DNA from: an uncultured Eubacteriales bacterium
GTDB lineage: Bacteria > Bacillota > Clostridia > Oscillospirales > CAG-272
Direction of reading: 5' to 3'
NCBI GenBank assembly: GCA_902491535.1
Contig: CABUHS010000003.1
Location: 6,426 to 70,425 of the forward strand
DNA length: 64,000 nucleotides
Shown piece by piece: positions 10,463-19,183 of this stretch. Under the pieces are notes generated by a model. The model saw only the letters and a program-made list of their open reading frames with translations, was not told the origin of the DNA and made no database searches. The stretch's first letter is position 1. Every line of letters starts with the position of its first letter. A program made the position numbers and the translations under genes.

Positions 10463-11080
10463 ATGTTTTATTCCGTGACCGGAAAGGTAATACTTACCGA
10501 AGCAGGTACTGTGGTGCTTGAAACGGGCGGCATAGGCTACCGTCTTACCGTCAGCGGACGGACGCTCGGTTATGCGGCGGAGCATTCAAAGGAAGATGCT
10601 GTGCGGCTTTTTACACATCTGTCGGTTCGTGAGGATGCCCTTGAGCTGTTTGGCTTCTGTGATCAGTCCGAGCTTTCGGTATTCAGGCAGCTGATATCTG
10701 TATCCGGCGTCGGTCCTAAAGCGGCGATATCGATACTTACACAGCTGTCTCCGCAGGAATTTGTGCTTGCCGTTATGTCCGGCGATTATAAAGCGCTGTC
10801 CCGCGCTCAGGGAATAGGAAAGCGAATCGCGGAGCGTGTTATACTTGAGCTTAAGGATAAAATATCAAAAGAAGCGATTCCGGCTCAGACAACGGATGAT
10901 AAAGCGGTCGGATTTTCCGCTATGCCTGCCGATCCTGACAAACTTTCGGATGCGGAGAGTACCCTCACCGTTCTCGGTTACGGCAGAAGCGAGATCGCCG
11001 GAGTATTGCGAAGTATTGATACGGCGGCGCTTTCTCTTGAGGATATTATAAAGGAAGCTCTCAAAAAGCTTATGAAATAA
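10463..11080 (+). CDS. ruvA: Holliday junction DNA helicase subunit RuvA
   Basis: N-terminal OB fold (GYRLTVS), HhH motifs (LISVSGVGPKAA, GIGKRIAERVILEL) and synteny with ruvC and ruvB. Confidence 0.9.
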   Translation: MFYSVTGKVILTEAGTVVLETGGIGYRLTVSGRTLGYAAEHSKEDAVRLFTHLSVREDALELFGFCDQSELSVFRQLISVSGVGPKAAISILTQLSPQEFVLAVMSGDYKALSRAQGIGKRIAERVILELKDKISKEAIPAQTTDDKAVGFSAMPADPDKLSDAESTLTVLGYGRSEIAGVLRSIDTAALSLEDIIKEALKKLMK

Positions 11081-11108
11081 AAGTTATCCGTAATAAAGGA
11101 ATTTACAG

Positions 11109-12218
11109 ATGATAGAAAATTATATCGGCAAGGATGCGGCGGAGTATTCTGAATACATGCAGCCTGAACGCATGGTATCCGCGGGTGAGACTGACGAGGA
11201 TCATGATATTGATTCATCACTCCGTCCGAAGCATCTTGATGATTATATAGGACAGGCAAAGGTCAAAGAAAATCTCAAAATATATATAGAGGCGGCAAGG
11301 CAGAGAGGCGATTCGCTGGATCATGTTCTTCTTTATGGCCCTCCCGGGCTCGGAAAAACGACTCTTGCCGGAATAATCGCTAATGAGCTTGGCTCCAACT
11401 TGAGAGTTACGTCAGGGCCTGCGATAGAAAAATCCGGGGATCTTGCAGCGCTTCTTACGAATCTTTCGCCGGGAGATATACTGTTTATAGACGAGATACA
11501 CCGGCTTCAGCGCACGGTCGAGGAGATACTTTATCCGGCGATGGAGGATTATTCTCTCGATATTATTATCGGAAAAGGCCCTGCTGCACGAAGCATACGT
11601 ATAGATCTGCCGCACTTTACGCTTGTCGGCGCGACAACGCGTGCAGGTCAGCTTTCAACACCGCTTCGCGACCGCTTCGGCGTTGTCATGAAGCTCGAGC
11701 TTTACGGAAAAGAGGATCTTGTAAAGATAATAAAGCGAAATGCATCGCTTCTCGGAATACTTATAGACGATACGGGTGCGGATCAGATCGCTTCCCGTTC
11801 CCGCGGAACTCCGCGTATAGCTAACAGGCTTTTAAAGCGTGTGCGCGACTTTGCTCAGGTTAAGGGCAGAGGCATTATTGACAGTGAAATAGCCGATTAT
11901 GCTCTTAAGATGCTTGAGATCGACGAGATGGGACTTGATAATGTCGACAGGCGGATGCTTGAGACGATTATCCGTCTTTACGGCGGAGGTCCTGTCGGGC
12001 TTGATACTCTTGCGGCGTCTATCGGTGAGGAATCGGTTACTATTGAAGATGTATATGAGCCGTATCTTATGCAGATCGGATTTCTAAGCCGTACTCCCCG
12101 CGGACGCTGTGTTACGCGACTTGCATGCGAGCATCTCGGAATGGTCTGCCCCGGAATCACGGGAGACAGAGCTGCCGTCGATGATTCTCAGCGCACGTTT
12201 TTCGATGACGGAGAGTAA
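11109..12218 (+). CDS. ruvB: Holliday junction DNA helicase RuvB
   Basis: [12 protein letters not shown], Walker [10 protein letters not shown], Walker B FIDEIHRL, sensor region GATTRAG. Confidence 0.95.
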   Translation: MIENYIGKDAAEYSEYMQPERMVSAGETDEDHDIDSSLRPKHLDDYIGQAKVKENLKIYIEAARQRGDSLDHVLLYGPPGLGKTTLAGIIANELGSNLRVTSGPAIEKSGDLAALLTNLSPGDILFIDEIHRLQRTVEEILYPAMEDYSLDIIIGKGPAARSIRIDLPHFTLVGATTRAGQLSTPLRDRFGVVMKLELYGKEDLVKIIKRNASLLGILIDDTGADQIASRSRGTPRIANRLLKRVRDFAQVKGRGIIDSEIADYALKMLEIDEMGLDNVDRRMLETIIRLYGGGPVGLDTLAASIGEESVTIEDVYEPYLMQIGFLSRTPRGRCVTRLACEHLGMVCPGITGDRAAVDDSQRTFFDDGE

Positions 12219-12266
12219 TATAAAAAATTATAACAGTGTGTACTGAGGTACAGAAGGGACTATATA

Positions 12267-13154
12267 ATGTGGACAGCGGACAGATGGCGTGACTATGAGC
12301 TTATCGACGCATCGGACGGCGAACGTCTGGAGCGATGGGGGGACTATACGCTTGTGCGGCCCGATCCTCAGATCGTCTGGAAAGACATGAGGAGAAGTAA
12401 GCTTTGGGGAAAGGCTGACGGAACATATAAGCGCTCATCATCCGGCGGAGGAAGCTGGAAAAACGGAACACGTCTGCGCTCCGAATGGAGGATATCCTAC
12501 GATCTCGGAATAGGAAAAAGACTGACGTTTGTAGTAAAACCTACGGGATTTAAGCATACCGGGCTTTTCCCGGAGCAGGCGGCTAACTGGGAATGGTTTT
12601 CACAGCTTATAAGCCGCCGCGTTTCAGAGGGACGGAGTGTAAAGGTTCTCAATCTTTTTGCGTATACGGGCGGAGCAACGGTAGCTGCGGCAGCAGCAGG
12701 AGCATCTGTTTGCCATGTTGACGCTGCTAAGGGAATGGTAGCGCAGGCAAAAGAAAATGCTGCGCTCAGCGGACTCGGAAGCGCACCGATAAGATATATA
12801 GTTGACGACTGCCGCAAATTTGTTGAGCGTGAGATGCGGCGCGGAAACAGGTACGATGCGGTAATAATGGATCCTCCGTCATACGGACGCGGGCCGTCGG
12901 GAGAGATATGGAAGCTTGAAGAATGCATAGGCGATTTTGTCGATCTTGCGTCAGGCGTTCTTTCGGACGATCCGCTGTTCTTTCTTGTAAATTCATATAC
13001 GACAGGACTTTCGCCGTCGGTTGTCAGGTATATTATAGATACAACTGATGCATTGAAAGACGGTTCGACTGAATGCGGTGAGCTTGGACTTGTTGTAAAG
13101 CAGACAGGTCTTGCGCTTCCGTGCGGTTCATCCGCCAGATGGTCACGGAAATGA
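12267..13154 (+). CDS. Class I SAM-dependent methyltransferase (COG1092 / RlmI-RlmK-like)
   Basis: SAM-binding motif VLNLFAYTGG and catalytic-type motif IMDPPSYG. Confidence 0.75.
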   Translation: MWTADRWRDYELIDASDGERLERWGDYTLVRPDPQIVWKDMRRSKLWGKADGTYKRSSSGGGSWKNGTRLRSEWRISYDLGIGKRLTFVVKPTGFKHTGLFPEQAANWEWFSQLISRRVSEGRSVKVLNLFAYTGGATVAAAAAGASVCHVDAAKGMVAQAKENAALSGLGSAPIRYIVDDCRKFVEREMRRGNRYDAVIMDPPSYGRGPSGEIWKLEECIGDFVDLASGVLSDDPLFFLVNSYTTGLSPSVVRYIIDTTDALKDGSTECGELGLVVKQTGLALPCGSSARWSRK

Positions 13155-13202
13155 CCGTATAGGAATTAGATAAAGAGATTTTCAGGTCAGGGAGTTTTTA
13201 CA

Positions 13203-14084
13203 TTGGACGAAAAAAAGTTTCCTTTTATCCGAATCGAGAAGCTGTTTTTCTCGTATGAGGATGAAGAAAGTGCGGTCAAAGTACCGATAATACGCGGTAT
13301 AGACCTTGATATAGAGGAAGGCTCGTTTGTGGCGGTTCTCGGACATAACGGATCGGGTAAGTCTACTCTTGCAAAGCTGCTTAATATGATACTTGTTCCG
13401 GACAGCGGTAAGATATATATTGACGGACGCGATATAACATCCCCTGATCTTACGGACGATGATGTTATCGCATTGCGGCAGGACATCGGCATGGTATTTC
13501 AGAATCCCGACAATCAGATCGTTGCAACGATCGTCGAGGAGGATGTGGCGTTCGGACCGGAGAACATGGGAGTTGAACCGTCTGAAATACGCAGACGCGT
13601 CGATGATGCACTCAGAATTGTCGGAATGTCTGAATTTCAAAGGCATTCTCCGCACATGCTTTCGGGCGGACAGAAGCAACGTGTTGCGATAGCCGGCGTT
13701 ATTGCTATGATGCCGAGATGCATTATATTTGACGAGTCTACGGCTATGCTTGATCCGTCCGGACGCGCAGAGGTTATGGAGACGATAAAGACGCTTAACC
13801 GCGACCACGGAATAACTGTACTCCATATAACGCATAACATGAATGAGGCTATAGACGCCGATCGCGTTATTGTTATCAATGACGGCGAGGTTTTTGCCGA
13901 TGATATTCCGCAGAAGGTGTTCTCCCGTGTTGAAGACCTTCAGCGCATAGGGCTGGACGTTCCGCAGGTGACCGAGCTGATATACGAGCTTGAGAAATCC
14001 GGTTTCGGCGGAGCGGGGGCTTTGCCTGATGATATAATTTCCGAGGAGGAAGGCGCGCAGGCGCTTGCTGCGATTCTTAAATAG
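13203..14084 (+). CDS. ecfA1: ECF transporter ATPase component EcfA1
   Basis: Walker A GHNGSGKST, signature LSGGQKQRVAIAG, Walker B IIFDEST. Apparent TTG start with GGGAG upstream. ecfA1-ecfA2-ecfT-truA synteny. Confidence 0.9.
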   Translation: MDEKKFPFIRIEKLFFSYEDEESAVKVPIIRGIDLDIEEGSFVAVLGHNGSGKSTLAKLLNMILVPDSGKIYIDGRDITSPDLTDDDVIALRQDIGMVFQNPDNQIVATIVEEDVAFGPENMGVEPSEIRRRVDDALRIVGMSEFQRHSPHMLSGGQKQRVAIAGVIAMMPRCIIFDESTAMLDPSGRAEVMETIKTLNRDHGITVLHITHNMNEAIDADRVIVINDGEVFADDIPQKVFSRVEDLQRIGLDVPQVTELIYELEKSGFGGAGALPDDIISEEEGAQALAAILK

Positions 14085-14106
14085 CGGCAGATAATGGATA
14101 TTTACT

Positions 14107-14970
14107 ATGGCAGGATTGGAATTTAGAAATATATCGTATGTTTACGGATCCGGGACGCCTTTTGAAAAAAAAGCGCTTGATGACGTCAGCGTATCCTTTG
14201 AAAGCGGATGTATCACCGGACTTATCGGACATACAGGTTCGGGAAAATCAACGCTTGTTCAGCTTGCAAACGGACTTTTGAAACCTACATCCGGGCAGGT
14301 GCTTCTTGACGGTAAGGATATATGGGAGGAACCTAAAAAGATAAGAGACGTGCGCTTTCGTGTCGGTCTTGTTTTTCAGTATCCTGAATATCAGCTTTTC
14401 GAGGAAACGGTGTATAAGGACATTGCGTTCGGCCCTGCAAATATGGGACTTTCTTCCGAAGAGGTTAAAAAGAGAGTTGAGGCGGCGTCATTCTTTGTGG
14501 GACTTGAAAGTTCACTGCTTGAAAAATCTCCGTTTGAGCTTTCGGGCGGGCAGAAGCGCAGGGTCGCTATCGCCGGGATAATAGCTATGTCTCCTGAGAT
14601 ACTTATACTCGACGAGCCTGCAGCTGGTCTTGATCCTATGGGACGGGAAGAGATATTGGGCGGAATAAGATCATATCAGCGTGAGTGCGGTAACACAGTT
14701 GTAATTGTAAGTCACAGCATGGAGGATATGGCGAGATATGCCGACCGCATTGCCGTTATGAACAAAGCGAAGCTTTATCGCAGCGGAAGCTGCGATGAGA
14801 TCTTCGGAGATGCGGATTCGCTTGTTTCCGTGGGGCTTGACGTTCCGCAGATAACAAGGCTTATGCTGCGGCTGAAAGAACTCGGAATCCCTGTCAGAGA
14901 CGGTATTTTTACCGTGTCGGATGCACGGGATGAACTGAACAGACTTTACCGTCAAAGGCACAGAAGCTGA
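14107..14970 (+). CDS. ecfA2: ECF transporter ATPase component EcfA2
   Basis: Walker A GHTGSGKST, signature LSGGQKRRVAIAG, Walker B ILILDEP. Confidence 0.9.
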   Translation: MAGLEFRNISYVYGSGTPFEKKALDDVSVSFESGCITGLIGHTGSGKSTLVQLANGLLKPTSGQVLLDGKDIWEEPKKIRDVRFRVGLVFQYPEYQLFEETVYKDIAFGPANMGLSSEEVKKRVEAASFFVGLESSLLEKSPFELSGGQKRRVAIAGIIAMSPEILILDEPAAGLDPMGREEILGGIRSYQRECGNTVVIVSHSMEDMARYADRIAVMNKAKLYRSGSCDEIFGDADSLVSVGLDVPQITRLMLRLKELGIPVRDGIFTVSDARDELNRLYRQRHRS

Positions 14971-15015
14971 GCGCGTATGCGCTGATTTAATTTCTTGTAA
15001 GAGGCTTGTTTTATT

Positions 15016-15846
15016 ATGCTAAAGGATATCACACTCGGACAGTTTTTTCCGGGTAACTCTCTTCTTCACAGGATAGATCCGAGAATAAAGATCATCCTTA
15101 CAATTATATATATAGTCGGCGTATTTCTTGCGGATACCGTAAGCGGATTTATTCTTATAGCGCTGTTTACATTCGGACTTATGCTTATAAGCAAAATACC
15201 TGTCAGAACGGTTATAGTCGGAATGAAACCGTTGCTGTTTATAATAATATTTACGGTTATTGTGAACGTATTTTTTACAAAAGGAGATCATCTGCTCTTT
15301 GAGATCGGATTTGTACATGTGTATACCGAGGGACTTATGCTTGCCCTGCTTGTTACCGTGCGTATCGCGGCGCTGCTCGCCGGAACGAGTATAATACTTA
15401 CTTATACTACGTCTCCGACTGCGCTTACCGAAGGTATCGAACGGCTTTTGATGCCGCTCTCTTATCTTCATGTTCCTGTTCATGATTTTGCGATGATGAT
15501 GACGATAGCACTTCGGTTTATCCCTACTCTTATAGAAGAAACGGATAAAATAATGAACGCACAGAGGGCGCGCGGAGTTGATTTTTCTCACGGGAACCTG
15601 ATCGAGCGCGGAAAAGCGCTTATCCCGGTGCTTATTCCCCTGTTTCTTTCTGCAATACGCCGCGCGGGAGATCTTGCGACCGCAATGGAATGCCGCTGTT
15701 ATCACGGCGGCAAAGGAAGGACACGTATGAATACAAGCAGGCTTTGCGCCGCTGATTTTGCCATGCTTGCTGTTTTTGTTATATTTTGCGCAGTAACTGT
15801 TTTTTCCGGAAATTATTTTCCGATATACTGCGTTTCAGGACTTTGA
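15016..15846 (+). CDS. ecfT: ECF transporter transmembrane component EcfT
   Basis: Polytopic membrane protein with the conserved coupling-helix region (IMNAQRARGVDF and SAIRRAGDLATAME). Position after ecfA1A2. Confidence 0.9.
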   Translation: MLKDITLGQFFPGNSLLHRIDPRIKIILTIIYIVGVFLADTVSGFILIALFTFGLMLISKIPVRTVIVGMKPLLFIIIFTVIVNVFFTKGDHLLFEIGFVHVYTEGLMLALLVTVRIAALLAGTSIILTYTTSPTALTEGIERLLMPLSYLHVPVHDFAMMMTIALRFIPTLIEETDKIMNAQRARGVDFSHGNLIERGKALIPVLIPLFLSAIRRAGDLATAMECRCYHGGKGRTRMNTSRLCAADFAMLAVFVIFCAVTVFSGNYFPIYCVSGL

Positions 15847-15933
15847 GCTTGGGTGATTTCAGACCGTCTGTTATACAGCATGGCGGAACACTTTTAAATT
15901 TGATGTAAAGTAAGTTTTAAGGAGTCTGCTATT

Positions 15934-16677
15934 ATGAAGTTTTTGCTGGAGCTTGCTTTTCTTGGAACGGGATACGGCGGATGGCAGGTGCAAAAAAATG
16001 TACGTACCGTTCAGCAAACGCTTCAGGATGCAGTCGAGGCGGCGTTCGGAAGGCGGTTGCCTGTGACCGGATGCAGCCGGACGGACAGCGGCGTTCATGC
16101 CAATATGTTTTGCTGTACTGTAGAGACCGACAGTGAGTCTAACAGAATACCGACCGACAAAATTCCTGTTGTACTTAACTCATTCTTGCCGGAGGATATA
16201 TCTGTTTACGGAGCGAGAACCGTACCTGACGGATTTCATCCGAGATACAGTGCGGTCGGCAAGGAATATAAATATGTTATCTGGAACGGCAGACTGCGCG
16301 ATCCGTTTATGGCGGGACGCTCGTATTTTTATCCGAAGCACCTTGATGATAAAAAAATGGCTGTTGCGGCAGAATATTTTAAGGGAGAACACGATTTCGC
16401 ATCTTTTATGTCTGCCGGATCGAAGATCACCGACACGGTGCGCCGTATATACGATGCGACGGTAGTCAGAGAGGGTGACACAGTTTATTTCACTGTGTCG
16501 GGCAACGGTTTTCTGTACAATATGGTGCGGATAATGACGGGGACCCTCATAGGAGTTTCTGAGGGACGGTTTCCACCGGACGGAGTGGCGGAGATAATTG
16601 AAGCCCGTAACCGAAGCGCGGCCGGGATAACCGCTCCGGCCTGCGGTTTGTATCTTAACAGGGTATTTTACCCTTAA
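15934..16677 (+). CDS. truA: tRNA pseudouridine(38-40) synthase TruA
   Basis: Catalytic Asp motif GCSRTDSGVHA, FLYNMVRIM motif, strong RBS AAGGAG. Confidence 0.95.
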   Translation: MKFLLELAFLGTGYGGWQVQKNVRTVQQTLQDAVEAAFGRRLPVTGCSRTDSGVHANMFCCTVETDSESNRIPTDKIPVVLNSFLPEDISVYGARTVPDGFHPRYSAVGKEYKYVIWNGRLRDPFMAGRSYFYPKHLDDKKMAVAAEYFKGEHDFASFMSAGSKITDTVRRIYDATVVREGDTVYFTVSGNGFLYNMVRIMTGTLIGVSEGRFPPDGVAEIIEARNRSAAGITAPACGLYLNRVFYP

Positions 16678-16743
16678 CCGTGCGGTGAAGCAGATTTTGG
16701 TTTGAATGGAAAATAGATAATTTTTACGGAAGGAGGGATACGG

Positions 16744-18345
16744 ATGAGTAAAGAACGCAGCAGTGAAAATACGAATAAAGAGGTATCTGGTATAGATACT
16801 CATAAAAGTGAAAAAAAAGAAAGCGTGTCCGACGTGCGCAAATTGAAGGCTGAAAAGGGTAAGCCGACTTCAGCGGACAGCAGAAAGCATGAAGATAAAA
16901 AACGCGAATCCGCAGAAAAGGCTTCGGATAAAAAGTCAAAGCAGGATATTTCTTCAGGCGATGAAGATCGGGATAAGAAACATGAGTCTTCCGCACCTGT
17001 AAAAGGCGGTAAGGGAGAAAGCAGAGCGCTTACGCGGACTGAGAAAAAATCCGGAAAAAGTGTAACTTCGTCGGAGACTTCCGGAAAGAATTTTATTAAG
17101 CGTTCGGTATCTGTATCTCTTGAAAAAGAGGCTCAGCGTGAGCGCGAAGCAGCGCTTGCTGGAGTCAACACATATTATATTAAAATATCAAAATATTTCC
17201 GTCGCGCCAAAACGGTCAGCGCACTGCTTCTTGCACTGTTTACTGTTGTGATGCTTGCATCGTTCAGAGATGATATAACACCGCAAAATCTGCAATATAT
17301 GCTGCGCGATCTTAATATTACAAATACAGTATATTCAAACGATTCTACTTTTACCGTATCGTACGATACGGATACGGATGCTGTATTCAGGCTTTTCCGT
17401 GATCAGCTTGCCGTGGCGGGAAAAAGCGGTTTTTCGCTTTATGCGTCATCGGGAAGTAAGGTGTTTGATGATCCGCATAACTATAAAAATCCGGCTGTGG
17501 CAAGTTCGGATTCGTGTATGATCGTATACGATCTCGGCGGAAACTATTATTCGGTATATAATTCGCTTGAAAAGCTTTCGGAGCAGTCGACGGCATATCC
17601 GATAGCAGCAGCGGCGGCTTCGGACAGCGGAATGTATGCTGTGCTTACAAGAAGCGCTGAATACAGGTCGGCGATATATGTGTATGATTCACGCGGTGGA
17701 AATACGGCGAATATTTTTAAGGATAAGCTCGTTCTTGGTATTTGTTTTGCCGAGAACGGGGAGGATATAATTGTTACGTCAGTAAACAGCAGTGAAGGAA
17801 ATATTGTCGGTGAACTTTCGGTACACAATATAAATTCCGATGTTCCGCTAATGTCGGTGACTCTTGACGGAGAACTTCCTTTGCTTGCATATGCATACGG
17901 CAGTAACGTATCGGTAATGACCGATCGCTCCCTTATTACGTATAATATGGACGGTAATCAGACATCGGTCTACAGCTACGGAAGTATATCCCCTATAACG
18001 GGCTGCATCGGAAGTACATATTCGGCTCTCGCATTTTCCTCCGGTACTGTAAACGGGCAAAGCGATATCCGCGTTGTTAACGGCGGAGAGGTGTGTATGA
18101 CCGTATCGGCTGACGGAGATGTGAAATGTTTGAGGGAATATGGGGATACAGTATATGCTTTGTGCCGCGAAGGTGTACTCAAAATAGATCCGAAAAGAGA
18201 TGAAACGTATGTATTTGAAACAGAGGGAAATCCCTGTGATATAAATATAACCGGAAATACACTGCTTGTTTCATATTATTCACATACCGATTCATATTAT
18301 TTGTCAGAGATTTTTACGGAAAAGAATAAGCTGTCACAGCAGTGA
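16744..18345 (+). CDS. Hypothetical single-pass membrane protein: K/S/E-rich cytoplasmic N-terminus, ~340-aa extracytoplasmic beta-rich domain
   Basis: RBS GGAGGG. One TM segment (VSALLLALFTVVMLASF) at about aa 160. The C-terminal region has repeating beta-strand-like segments (possibly a beta-propeller; may correspond to DUF5711, unverified). Confidence 0.65.
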   Translation: MSKERSSENTNKEVSGIDTHKSEKKESVSDVRKLKAEKGKPTSADSRKHEDKKRESAEKASDKKSKQDISSGDEDRDKKHESSAPVKGGKGESRALTRTEKKSGKSVTSSETSGKNFIKRSVSVSLEKEAQREREAALAGVNTYYIKISKYFRRAKTVSALLLALFTVVMLASFRDDITPQNLQYMLRDLNITNTVYSNDSTFTVSYDTDTDAVFRLFRDQLAVAGKSGFSLYASSGSKVFDDPHNYKNPAVASSDSCMIVYDLGGNYYSVYNSLEKLSEQSTAYPIAAAAASDSGMYAVLTRSAEYRSAIYVYDSRGGNTANIFKDKLVLGICFAENGEDIIVTSVNSSEGNIVGELSVHNINSDVPLMSVTLDGELPLLAYAYGSNVSVMTDRSLITYNMDGNQTSVYSYGSISPITGCIGSTYSALAFSSGTVNGQSDIRVVNGGEVCMTVSADGDVKCLREYGDTVYALCREGVLKIDPKRDETYVFETEGNPCDINITGNTLLVSYYSHTDSYYLSEIFTEKNKLSQQ

Positions 18346-18433
18346 TCAGATAAATTTTTATAGAGTGCGGAAAGGCGGATACAGAAGCGCTGGTTCCGAC
18401 TGCATGCCGACTTGCGGCAGAATGGAGATTTTT

Positions 18434-19144
18434 ATGTCTGTTATTATTGATATCATAATTGCGGTTATAATTGTAATTCCGGTCATTCTCGGCATTAAGA
18501 GAGGATTTGTCAGATCGGCAATGAAGCTTGTTTCCGTTATACTTGCAATTCTTGCTGCAAATATACTTATGCCGTATATTTCACCGTTTTGCAGAGAAAA
18601 GATAATCGTACCGTATGTGAGTGAGCCTGTAAACGCGTATGTCTCTTCGGCAGTGGGCGATTCAGTGGACTCTGTAGGAGATACAGGTACGGAAAATATT
18701 TCCGCAGTTGCAGACAAAATAAAAAATGTATGCGGTACTTTCGGTATAGATATTTCCGATATAACCGATATGCTTGAAAGTTCAGTATCGGATTCAGCGC
18801 TTGAAAGTGCTGATAAGATTACCGAGAGTGTGACCGGGTATATAGTCGGCGAGATTACAAACAAGGCTTCGGATATACTCGCATTCCTGCTTGCTTTTGT
18901 CGGTTCGCTTATCGTACTCGGAATAGTTACTTTTATTATAAATGCTATATGTAAAATGCCGGTACTTAACGGTATAAACAGAACTGCAGGAGCGCTGTTC
19001 GGATTTTGCTGCGGCGGTATAGCGGCGATTGTGATCGCAAAACTGCTCATGGCTTTTATGCCGACGCTCACATCGCTGTATCCGGATGTATTTTCCGGTG
19101 CAGCCGACAAATCCTTATTTTTGAATATGCTTGCCGGCAAATAA
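18434..19144 (+). CDS. cvpA: CvpA-family membrane protein
   Basis: MSVIIDIIIAVIIVIPVILGIKRGFVRS is a typical CvpA N-terminus, and the protein has multiple TM segments. GGAG lies 6 nt before ATG 18434. The ORF-track start at 18266 overlaps the upstream gene. Confidence 0.75.
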   Translation: MSVIIDIIIAVIIVIPVILGIKRGFVRSAMKLVSVILAILAANILMPYISPFCREKIIVPYVSEPVNAYVSSAVGDSVDSVGDTGTENISAVADKIKNVCGTFGIDISDITDMLESSVSDSALESADKITESVTGYIVGEITNKASDILAFLLAFVGSLIVLGIVTFIINAICKMPVLNGINRTAGALFGFCCGGIAAIVIAKLLMAFMPTLTSLYPDVFSGAADKSLFLNMLAGK

Positions 19145-19183
19145 TTGTGTGACTGATATCCTGGAAAGTGGTGAACTGAATTT

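Noticed and set aside
13182-15705. Long minus-strand ORFs (217 aa at 13182-13835; 228 aa at 15019-15705) antisense to ecfA1 and ecfT, plus a similar 294-aa ORF at 25649-26533 antisense to pfp
   Set aside because: All lie fully within sense-strand genes that have strong motif support. The translations are basic, low-complexity sequences.
18421-18436. An identical 16-mer AATGGAGATTTTTATG at the translation starts of cvpA (18421-18436) and the CDF transporter (43252-43267)
   Set aside because: It consists of an RBS (GGAG), an AT-rich spacer and ATG. About 0.5 chance matches of a 16-mer are expected in 64 kb even before allowing for compositional and functional constraints. No extended similarity flanks it.
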